Part shown: positions 21,278-33,019 of the stretch, one piece after another
How the letters are laid out: each line of letters opens with the position of its first letter
Position numbering within the stretch: the first letter of the stretch is position 1
Assembly (NCBI GenBank): GCA_023231475.1
Contig: JALJEE010002282.1
Coordinates: 1-64,000, forward strand
Reading direction: 5' to 3'
DNA from: Seison nebaliae
Lineage: Eukaryota
Length of the DNA stretch: 64,000 nucleotides
The notes under the pieces: model-generated
Databases searched by the model: none
Told to the model about the DNA's origin: nothing
Seen by the model: only the letters and a program-made list of their open reading frames with translations
Translations under genes and position numbers: made by a program

Positions 21278-24200
21278 TTAATATCGACTTTCCTTCCGTT
21301 TGATTAATTTCGATTTAATCTAAAAAAAAAATGATTTTAAAATTTCAATTTGAACAACAATTCTTAACATTTCCATGACGATCCGTTAACATCGTATCTT
21401 CACTAGAACCTTGACTCCAGGTGTTGAGATCTTCGTTCACTAAGTCACCAGCTTCAGGATTATGTGGACCAGCACCTCGAGCGAAAATCTTTAAAAATTT
21501 AAGATGAAGATAGAGTGATGATAATGAGAGAAATGAACATTGATCGATCCGTTTGGAGGAAGAATAATATCATCAGTAAATTCGTAAATCATTTCCGGTT
21601 TGGAATCGACGAGACGTCGCAATTTATATGCGAGAAGATGTGAATCCTAAAAAGTAATTTTATTCGATTTCTCCTAAAATCTATTTACCATTATTGTGCT
21701 GGTATTGGTGATGGTAATCCATCGACCGTTCTCATCGATATCTTCTATTCGCAATGGATCATTTCCTTCGTGTGTGAATGTATATCCGTTAGCTGTTTTC
21801 CTTTCCACTTTTTTATGTTTAAAGATTGTCAGAATGAAAAATTTGAATTTTATGGAAAGAAATACCTGTGGATGATGGTGGATCATCGCGGAATCGTGGT
21901 AAATCATCGACCATACTATGAGAAGATTCTTTTTCATCTTCTCGAATATCATTAAAACGTTTAGAATGACCTGTACAAGGGAAAAGAGTAGAATTTGGAA
22001 CGAATCGAACAAGTTCCCGACGATTTTATGACGATTATTATCACAATAAATTTCGATTGATCGGACAAGAAAAAAAGCGAAATTTTCACTTCACCACAAC
22101 AAAGATGATTTAGAACGACAACAATTTTTTTCTTATCTTCTCTTTTTCTATTTAATGAAGAAATGAATGAAATGTGAAATAAACGGTTTCGTTACAGTAA
22201 AATGAATATTATATGTATATTGGTGTCTGTTTCATTCAGAGAAAGAATATTTAAATGAAATAAAAATAAGAAGTTAACGAATATTGAAGGAAATCATATT
22301 TCAGTTCAGAATTAGATTAATGAAGAGAGAAAAGTGAAATGAATTAATTTTTTTTTTGAGAACATCAATTTTTCTATCAATCAGGGAAAGAATGATTAGA
22401 AAGATCTCATCCCAAAAAGAAAAAAGTGAATAACTCTATTCTATATATGGAAACGAAGTGGCTTAAGTGAAGTTGAAAGAAATATTTGATTTCTCTCACA
22501 AAACTTCTTTCTGTTCTGTTCTGCAAACGAAGAGGAATTGTGAACTGAAATATGGGGAGGAAAGAAGATGATAATACATTGAAGATGAAGCGGTTTTAAA
22601 AAGTTCCACGAACATGCATCGTATGGTTCAGATGATGGTTCGTTTTTGTATGTAGTCAAGGAGTGAAATGTCGAGAAAATGAGAGAGAGAGTGAGAATTG
22701 AAATGATCGAAGATCCATATTCTCGACGAAATCGGACATCGATATCGCACTAATATCGATGATTTCAAATATGATTTCATTTGAATTGGATGATGATAAT
22801 GTTGATGATAATGATGGAAAATTTGAATTCTTCAATTTTTTTTTTAAATTTGGTGAAAAGCGGTTAGTGCACCCGGACCGATGTAAACTGTAAGGAGAAG
22901 AGAAAAAGAGAAGTTTTCTTAATTTTTTTAAAAATTTTCGATTTTTTGTATGAGAGAAATGAAAGTGTTTTTAGTCTCCCACGATCTATTCTTTCGTCAT
23001 AATAATTAGTATCGTTTACCTGTTGGAGAAAGAAAGAGAACGAATAGAGATAGAGATTCTTTTGTCCACAAAATCATAAATTTGGTTTTACGACAAATCT
23101 AAATTAAAAAATATTTTCTAAAAAATAACATTCCAATTTGAAGTGCAGGAGAATAATAATTCATCATTTCCACAATTGCCGATATGAAAAAAAAAGGTTG
23201 CTGGAGCATAAGAGATGGCAAACACACGAACAAACGGTTTTGGGGAGAGAGGAAGAAAAATGAAATAACATCAAATGAAAATTGAGAGAAAGATATTTGA
23301 GAATGACGTCGAAATGATTTATTAAGCGTTTTTTTTTCCATTTTTAGAGTGACGGCAATTCGTTAGATGATTTTCGATTAATATTGACGATAATTAGCTG
23401 TAAAAAGAAGAGAGAGATTATTTGAAGCGAAAAAGAAAAAATTTTTTTTTCTAAATTAAATTTCATTTAAAAATTTCTTAAAACAAGATTATAATCAAAT
23501 TATTTGGAGGGGGAGAAGGAGGAGGAGGAAAGAGGAGGAGGAAAGAGGAGGAGAAGATGATTTTCTGTATTGCTGATTCGGTGGAGGAGAGAAATGAATA
23601 TCTGAGAATAACAATTATTCCAAATCTAATCTACATATTCACATCCGATGGAACGGATGAAAAATGGTGTGGATTTACTGGTTTGTGGATTGTGCAAAGA
23701 AAATAATTCTCTATATATAATTTTCTTTGAAACTGAAGACGTTTGTTATTTTGGTTTGTAATGGAAAAAGGTGAATAATAAGACTATCCAATAATATTCA
23801 ATAAAAGTGAAATATGTTGAGAGAAGAGAAATTATTTTCAAAACTTTTCTTTTGTGTCACTTGAGGATAACGAATGAAAGATCCACACACGACACACACA
23901 CACAAACAAGGCGTATGATTACACAATTAGATAAAATTCATTCCAATCAGAAAAATTAGAAAAGAAGAAAAATCATAGCCATTAAGTGGCTGTGGTGTGT
24001 GGTGAGGAGAAGTGATGGAACAAATCAGCAATACACAACAAATATTGAAGAAAGCGAGAGCAAATAATAAGAAATATAATAAAAATATTATAGCAAATGA
24101 AAAATGAAGATAAATTAATATGGTTCTTTATAACGCACCGTGATGTTCTCGGGTTATTGTTGTTCGTTTCATATACTCCGAACCACCACCTCCACCACTC

Positions 24201-27200
24201 GTATTCGTGTAGTATGTGGATGAGGCAGCGCCACCGCCACCACCACCAGCAGTTATTGCTGCTGCACTAGCTTGTCTAGCACGATCCTCTAAACCTTCAA
24301 CAATTTGACGTAATCCATCTCTGGAAGGAATTTATAAAATTTTTAGCTTAATGAATGGAAAATATATTAAAAATAAATGAACTTCGTTTGATCACCTTCC
24401 AATAATCGTCGATATGTTGTAATTTCTTGTTCCAATGTCGTTTTCATATTAATGAGATCGTCATAATTTTTCATCAAATCAGCTAATTGTCGTTTGAGAT
24501 CTTCGAGCTCAACTTCCTTCTCAGTAATCATTGTTCCTCCTTCACGTTTCTCGTTCTCAATCAATTCTTCTAATTCATGCATTCTTGCTTCCAATTCGGC
24601 ATTCTGTCAACAATGAAATTAATAGAAATTTTAAATTAAATAAAATTTAAAATCGGAAAAACGGAAATTAAATAACCTTCGTTTTCAGACTGGAAAGATC
24701 ACGACGATAATCGTTCACTTGGACACGGAGTTTCTTCACTTCTTCACGTTGGATTGGATTATCTGGTGGCATTCTTGGTGCCAATAATTCTTGAGTCTTT
24801 AAAAGAAAAGAAAATTTCGATTAATTCATCAAAAGAGAGAAAAGGAAAATAATGGAGCGGAAAAATTCACAAATGTTCTGGGTCACTCTCTAAAGTCTCT
24901 CGTACGATTCACAACACAGAAACGTTAACGGAATTTTTAAGAGGATTATAAAAAATTAGCAATCGAATTAGGAGAATTCCCGACGATGAATGAAAGCGTC
25001 ACTTTCTTCCAAGTACACCATTACACATCAGCACCATAAATATTGGACGGTTTTTACAATTATTGGAGATGGAAAGTATCAACTTACTTGTTGTAACTGA
25101 AGAGATTATAATAGTGTGGAAAGGGGAGAGGAGATAGATGATGGTTTTCAGTGAATAAAAATGGAATAGAAGTTTTTTTTTTTTCGGAGAAACAAATAGA
25201 AAAAGCAGAAAAAATATTCTTCGTCTATTCCACATTCATAATAGATAATCTCAAATGATTTTGTGCATTAAATTCAAATTATAGAAAGAATGGAAGTGAA
25301 GAAAAAAAATTTTCTTTTTTCACAGATCAATTCAATTTCGATATTAACCTTCATTCGATAATATGATTCCATTTCAGCACGTTGTTGCAAATTGGCTTGT
25401 TCATATTCATCTCGAATATCTTTAATGGCGTTCGCTAATTCATGTTTGAAATATTGAGATGAATCGATTCCAGTATCTCTAGCGGAAAGTGCTCTCAATT
25501 CATTTAATTCCTTTAAAAAAATTTCAAATTTTAAAATTTTAAAAATTTTTCAATGAAATTTTTTTTAACTTGTTCATGAATTTGTTTAATAAAACTCAAT
25601 TCCTCTTCTAATGTTTGTCGCTCATTCTCTAATTGTACTCGAGCTAATGTCTCATTATCTAATTCAGATCCGAGTCGTTGTAATTCAGATAATAATCTCT
25701 GAGTTTCCGCTTTGTATCGTTTGATTTCCTCATCAACATCAGCCAATCGACGACGTAACAAATTAATTTCAGCTTCATTCTTAGCGATCTGTTGCTCCAA
25801 CTGATAGATACGATCCTTATCAGCATCTCGTCCAGCTAATGCTTCCTCATATCTTCTCTTGAATTGAGCGGTCTCTTCTTCAGCTCGTTTGGCCCGCAAT
25901 TCAGCGTTGGCTCGTTCCTTCGCTGTGTCGTCAACTAATTGACGAGCTTCTTTCAATTCAGTTTCGAATATCTCGTGAATTTTCGAAGTTTCATTTCCCC
26001 ATTTTCCTCTGAAAAATCGATTAGAGATAAATTAAATTTTTGTTATATTTCAATTCGTTTAAAAGTTCGACAAGAAATGGAGTAAAGAAGAAATCATTGA
26101 AATTAAGCAATGTGTGTGTGCTGACAGCAATTTGGATGTAGGAAGCAAAATGGACAAACTGAATCAACTCAAATAAAATATTGTTGTTCCCGAAAAAGAC
26201 AATTTTCTTATTGTTTTGGGAAAAAATGAATTTGAATGAAATGGTTCACTAAAGAAAAAATAAACGGAAACTCGAGGGAGTTTAGCGTGACATCGTGACT
26301 TGTCAACATGAAAGAAAGAAAGACAATCACATATTGCACACGCATTAGTAGCCAAAAAGAATGTTGGTATTATTTTTTTCAAAATAAAAATTCACCAAAA
26401 ATAGGAAATTATTTGACTGAGAAAGAGAGGAAGGAAGACTTACTGAGCATGTCTGCGTCAGATGAAAGATACCGTTCAATGTTCCCCAAATGAAAGATTT
26501 CCAAATGATGAAGATGAAGAAAGAATATTTGAAGAATTAAGATGATAAATCGATGATATTAATAATAATTTAAATGATAAATAATAGATAATCGATAGAT
26601 TCCTCCCCGTAAGCTTAAATCAGAATTGGAAGCGATTCCATTTCCAAAAAGTTGTACCTGTCATTCAGCGAACGACTACCAAAGTTTTCGATGTTTTCAT
26701 TGAATTATACAAATAAATAATAACATTATTATTAATATTCAAATACATTAACAATTCGACTAATAACAATAATTTCTTCTAATTTTCACAGTTTTTTCTC
26801 GATTTTTTTTTAAAAAAAATTCTCAAACTATTTTTTTCTTCCAAACAATTCTCACAATACTTTTTTCTTCCAAACAATTCTCACAATACTTTTTTCTTCC
26901 AAAAAAATTTCAAAATATTCTTTTCTTAAAAAAATTTCAAAATATTTTTTTTTTAAAAAAATTTCAAAATATTTTTTTTTTAAAAAAATTTCAAAATATT
27001 TTTTTTTCAAAAAAATTTCAAAATATTTTTTTTTCAAAAAAATTCCAAAATATTTTTTTTTCAAAAAAATTCCAAAATATTTTTCTTTTAAAAAATTTTC
27101 AAAATACTTTTTTCTAAAACATTTCTTAAATTACTTGTGAGATAAATTTTCTAAATTTCTTTTCTCGGACAATCAAAATGATTTTTTTTACTGACGGTAA

Positions 27201-27891
27201 TTCCAAGAAACTTTCTTTTTCAGTCGATTAATATTGATTATTTGAAAATGTTATAAGCAGAAGTTGGTTGAAGGATTATGGGTAGAATATTAATAAATGT
27301 TGACGATAGTAATTCTTAATTCGAGTACGAGATTCGTATGACGATTATTTAAACGATGGAAGCAAAAGTTGAGGGATGTAAAAGAATATTAACTTCAATG
27401 CTTCCAATTCCAATTGGAGTTTCTTGTTTTGTGCTTCCAAAAATCGAACACGTTCAATATACGATGCAAATCGATCATTCAATTGGGACAATTCTCGCTT
27501 TTCTCGATCACGACCTTCTCTGAAAAAAAATTAAAAACGAAAATTAATTTGTGTGTTTAAAATTTTTCTTTAAATAAAATTTTTTTTTTTTCATAATATT
27601 CAATTCATCCTCTAAATATTTCTCTCATTTGTTGTTGTTGTTGTTGTTGAGAACGAGTGTTGGGGAATGAAATAACTTAATTTTAATAGTTTCTTGAAAA
27701 TGTGCAACGGGATGTCCGGTAGAATAGAAGGCACTGCCAGTAGTAGAGTGGGGAGCGTATCTACTGGATTGCATAGCATAATTTCTGTTGACTCTACTCA
27801 TGTTCGAGTAGGGACTAATGGTATCGGATCGTCGTTTGATTGAACTAGCATATATATGCTTTGTTGCATCAGGAAGACGGATTGCTGCCAT
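21278..27891 (-). CDS. Cytoplasmic intermediate filament protein, protostome type (long coil 1b, lamin-tail domain, no CaaX); isoform with the proximal 72-aa head
   Basis: Exons 27891-27677, 27519-27394, 26008-25570, 25510-25349, 24796-24677, 24603-24383, 24320-24139, 21970-21866, 21807-21689, 21646-21539, 21488-21369, 21319-21278 are all in frame. Rod start [23 protein letters not shown]; rod end [35 protein letters not shown]...[11 protein letters not shown]...DLV...W; ends SRY*. Confidence 0.92.
25088..25096 (-). CDS. Candidate 9-nt microexon (LQQ) of the IF gene
   Basis: ctcttcag|TTACAACAA|gtaagt; phase 0-0, matching the flanking exons. Confidence 0.65.
26444..26452 (-). CDS. Candidate 9-nt microexon (adds HAQ) of the IF gene
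   Basis: tctgacgcag|ACATGCTCA|gtaagt; phase 2-2, matching the flanking exons. Confidence 0.65.
26805..27115. repeat. Intronic A/T minisatellite (about 27-nt AAAAAAATTTCAAAATATTTTTTTTTT units, preceded by about 30-nt TTTTTTCTTCCAAACAATTCTCACAATAC units)
   Basis: Visible tandem copies; they generate the spurious [15 protein letters not shown] ORF. Confidence 0.85.
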
Positions 27892-30416
27892 ATTAAATAG
27901 ACGTCAAATATTCTCTTCCTTTTTTATCAATTTAGAAAGTGAAATGGATAAATTGTGTGAGAGACAATTGATGAATTGGAAGAATTGTGTGTTCCCAATG
28001 GAAATTGTCTCTAGTTTTTTTCGAAGGAAAAATTGACGAATGACGCTGATCCTTCCACAACTCTAATTCACCACAAAAATTTTTCGTCTATTAAACAAAT
28101 CTCTATACACGTTATCTACAAGAAAATCCTAATAAGAATTTGATGGAATGGAATGGAGGAAATGAAAATGAAAATGGTTTTTATCGAACTAATTATGGAA
28201 ATAATGATGATGGTGATGATGATGATGATAAGATATGGAAGAATGAAAATCAGATGAAATGTATTCTTCCGAATGGAAGATGATAATTGCAATTAACCAT
28301 ACGAGATATGAGATAATGATTATTATCTCTAGTACGTTCATGTCGAATCAAGGACGAGAGATAAATAAGAACATTTACATTCGACAAGAAGTGTGTTGTG
28401 AAAATAATCGATAGGAATGAGTCGAATATTTCATCATTATCGATTGTCATTCATAGAAACGCACATAAACGCATTCCCCATTTCTAATGAATGGGAGAGA
28501 AATGTGAATGAGAAGGAACAAAGGAAGAATTTAAATGTAAATACTATTTCATTCGAAATATTGAAGAACGATTATATTGTGGAGAATTGAACTGCTCTCC
28601 TGGTGAATTTTCGGGTAGAGAATATTTTAGGTAGATGAATATCTACCTAAAAGAATACCTCGTCCATATTTTCCATAACTAGACAATATCTATCACTTCC
28701 TTTCACATACTTTCGGAGAACAGTTCAAATAATTCTCATTTACCAATTATAATTGTAATGAAGAAGAGGAATAATGAATAACTGATGGAGAATAACAGTT
28801 TGATCGATAACGAATCGTTTCCATTCAAATTATCGTCATAATCACCATCAGTTCGGATAAACATTAGAAGAAAGGATAAATCAACAAATAAATTATATAA
28901 TTTCCACATTATTTCATCGAGAAAGTTTATCTTAAATGGAATTCTTTCTCAAAACCAATTTCCTTCTCCTCCACCCCGCCCTCTCCCACCATCATCATCA
29001 TCAATCGATATTGTACGAGAAATTTACTCTCTCCTCTTCAATCGATTGAAGTTGTTGTTCGCTCGATCTTTTGCTTCCTTTCCCATTAAATGATTCTCCT
29101 TCGAAAACTCATAACGAAAAGTGTCAATTAGAGAGCGTAGCGGAAGTGGTAAGATACCGTTTGATAATGATGATGGAATGGTACGAATGAGGATGGAATC
29201 AGGGAAGAATTGTTATTATGAAAAATGTACGTGACAATTTGCATCTGCATTCCATCATATTGAACTAGTGACAAAATTGAATAATTGTATAAGTGCTGAA
29301 ATAATATCTCTTGGAATTACTGGTGAATGTGTTGCACATGAACCTCCTTCTCATGGAGAGATATCTCTTCGAAAGAATATTTCAAATAAGATGGTAGAAA
29401 TTCGAGACATTTGTTCAATGATGGAAAGGTTACATGCTTCTCGAATTAAATTCATGCTCAATGAAATATGCAAAAAATGAACATATCAAATTCGAGTGGA
29501 ACTTTCTCGATTTGAAATTCTTGTCGGAAATTGAATAATTGACTTTGGTGACGGTGATTGTGATGGTGGTAGTGGAAATGGTTCGACGTTGAGGAAGGAA
29601 GAATGAAGAAGGAAATTTGTAGTAACGTACATATGAAGAAGAAGAAGAAGAAGGGGGAAACATATAGAGAAATGAAGAATAACGTGAAAGTGTCAAGGTG
29701 AGAAGGAATTATTGAAAATTTGTATAATTTTCATTTTTTTTTCTTTTATGAGATTTCTCCTCTTCTATTTAGTTTTATCGATGGAATTAGACGATTAATA
29801 AACCGAATTAATTCACTTTTGAGAGACAAATCATCAATTGAATGTCATTCTTCTCAGTTTGATTCACACACACAATATTATGTCATCGGATGACAATAAC
29901 AACATTTAGACAGAAAACGAGCTGAAATATATTTAATATATTTAATTTTTATTTTACTACTGGAATTGGTTGGGAGAATCAGTTGTTTCAAATGATCTTT
30001 CTTCTAATATAATCGAGAATTAGCAAGTCTATTCACTCGTTCTCCCAATGACATGATCATGAATGGAGACGGAATGGTGATGACGACAATGTATCATCCA
30101 CATTCATTATTCCAATTTATTGATGATCATTGTATTATCTATCTTATTCTTCGTCATTCCATTCATCCTCTCATTGACGTCGAGAAAGTGAAAGGAAACA
30201 TTCGTTATTTCTCCTTCTTCTCTCACCATCATCATGGTAATATGACATGGTTGTTGGGGAGGATGATGAAATAATAAGAAATAATATGAAATAATATGAA
30301 CAGGTGATGTCTGCTATTGATGTTCTCATTACACAACATCATCTTTCTCTTCCCGTGAAAATTCGTGTTAGTTAAAGGAAGAAGAGACGAATGGGAAAAC
30401 GAAAAAAGGACACATA

Positions 30417-30443
30417 TGTGTGTGTGTGTGTGTGTGTGTGTGT
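30417..30443. repeat. (TG)n microsatellite
   Basis: Direct reading; further (CA)n tracts near 36380 and 42250, (CAT)n near 48050. Confidence 0.9.
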
Positions 30444-32132
30444 ATGGATAGGTTGTATTTGTAAAAGAAAATTAATAATAAACTGATGTAGTTGTGGCGA
30501 TAGAATATAGTCGGGAGTGGGGAGGAAAATGAAAAGAGGAGGATGTCTAATGATAGCCCAGAAATAGAAGGAACATGTTTTGGTTGTAATTAATCATGTC
30601 ATCGTAGAAGAAAGTAAATGAAATGATTTCCATTCTCCTTTCTGCTTCTCATTTAAGTCCAATCTCTTTTATTAGGTTCCCATCATTCACGGGAAAGTTA
30701 GTCATCAATTAATATATTATAATCGATTACTATATCGATCGATCGATCGATATCGAAAGTGAATAAAATGGAAGTTTAGTTGTTGAAGAGAAGAAAGGAA
30801 AAGTAAGCGAATGTTCTTCGTTAGAAACGTTAAACAATTGTCGGTCATAATTATCGAATTATACGAACGGAACTAAGAGTGAATGGATGAATACATTAGA
30901 ATGGAAATGAGCTTATTCCCATTATTCCACCGATATATCACATCGAATGGACCATTCTACTCTTCCCGATCTACAAAAAGAACATTCTTCTTTAAAGAGC
31001 CAGGTTAGAGACATCGAGATGTTATCGATCAGACGAATATCGGAAACGTCAGATTGATTCAGTTGATTACGGGTGGACATTTGTCAGATAATGGAATGAA
31101 GTAAACAATGAACTTTCATTGATAAAACAATTGGGGAGAAAGGAAACGTTAATAAGTTATCGTGTGAATGGAAGTTTCGACAGAATACGAGAAATAAATT
31201 TCAAACCAATTTTCTTCATTAGGATACACATTTGTGTGACGAAACAATTCTTCCATTCATCACCCAATTCTCCAACACTCTCTCTCTCTCCTCACAAGAC
31301 AAAGATAAATATACATTCATGATTCCATATGACGGAATGAATAAGTTGGTACATGGAGAATATAAAGGCTAAAATAAAATAAACTTTTACAAACGAACAC
31401 ACGTATTTATATTTCCCTCAAACTAGAATGGATACAACTTTGTATAATGTTAACACAACTCATAAAATAGTTGTTGTTTTTGTTCTTGTGTTTGAAGAAT
31501 GAAGAACGATGGTTTTACGGAAGAGAATTCAAGACTACCACACCATATGACCGGATGAAAGCACGAATGAGACAGATGATGACTAGTTTTTTTTCTTTCT
31601 TTTCATGAAATTTTCAAATAAGAAACATCATTTCTCGGCCAATTTCAGAGATCTCTCTCATTTCCATCATTACCCAAACGTAACGTTGTTGTGGTTTTAC
31701 CATTAACATCATCTCCTCAATATGCTTCACTCATGTCATTCTTTCTCAAGGAACGAAACAAATGAAATAGATTGAATTTCTTCCAATTCTATCGTCTGAC
31801 GATATTTGAACTGTTTCTTTCTTTCTTTCTTCATTACCAACAATTGCATATATGAATAACAACATTCTCTCTCACTCTCCAACAAACAACAACAACAACA
31901 AATATTACTACTACTACGAGAATAATAGTAATAAGTGAAAAGATGGAAATACTTCCGTCTTCGTCCCATTAATAAGAATTATTCACAAAAGAATATTATT
32001 ATTTGCTCTAAGCGATTGTCGTTAGCATTTCCATTTAAATGTTGTCTTTCATTTTATCGATAATAATCGATTTATTCTAATTATTACAATATCTTCTTTT
32101 TTGGAAAAGTGAAAAAAAAAAGGAGAACTAAC

Positions 32133-32400
32133 TTGATAGCGATCACTGCACTTGATGGTGCACCAGGTAAGCCCATTCGTGCCAAACTGTTGCTGATTCC
32201 ACCAACGCCGCCACCCATATTCGACGAATATTGTGTGGAATATGTGTAATTGCTCATTCGAGGGACCGATCGTTGAATTGTGGTGTGGCGAGGTGAAATA
32301 CTCGAACGGTAATTCACTTCGCTCATAAGATAATTTGAATCTTGTTGCATTCTGTCTCGACTAGTGACAAGAAGGTTCTGATTCTGTGGTGAAGTTGCAG
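32133..32400 (-). CDS. Alternative IF head exon (phase 1 to phase 2)
   Basis: tttctctcag|CTGCA...ATCAA|gttagt. Encodes a Ser/Arg/Tyr/Gly-rich IF-type head ending AVIAIK, in frame with rod exon 27519. Has internal Mets (MQQD, MSEV). Confidence 0.8.
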
Positions 32401-33019
32401 CTGAGAGAAAAATACAAAAATTTTTATTACACAAAATACAATTGGTTGAATTTGACAAAAATTTTTATGACCTCTTCCAATCCTACTACTCACCACAACA
32501 TTCCCGTTCATTACATAAACTTAAAAAAATTTTTTTTAGATCAGAATTCATTTCTTAAATAATTTATATATTTTATGAAAACATTTTATGAATATATTTT
32601 ACACACGTTGAATGTATATATAAAAACGTGTAAATATATCCTGTCTCTACATACACACAAATTACATGTACTTCAACTTATCTCAAGAGACATGTACATA
32701 ATTAGGTTATTTCATAATTAATTCAAGAATACGTTAAAACACATGTCAGAGACTTCTTTCAAAATATTTAAATTTCATATTTACCACAATGCACAAACAT
32801 TTCATAAAAATATTGTGTGATAAATTCTGAGGAGAAATTAGAAAAGGAGAGAACGCCAGGAAATTTCCTACGTCTTATTGAAAAAACAAGAAAATTTCTA
32901 ATTCAAATTTCTAATTATTTGAAAAGAATTTCTTCTTCAAAATTAAAGCCGAAAAAACTTTTTCCTACAAATAGTTTCCATGACAACGAACACCTAAAAC
33001 TTTCATCATCCAAACTAAC

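Noticed and set aside
26852..27064. [15 protein letters not shown] ORF
   Set aside because: Translation of an intronic A/T minisatellite.
21278..27891. Calling the IF gene a nuclear lamin
   Set aside because: No CaaX and no basic NLS between rod and tail domain; fits a protostome cytoplasmic IF.
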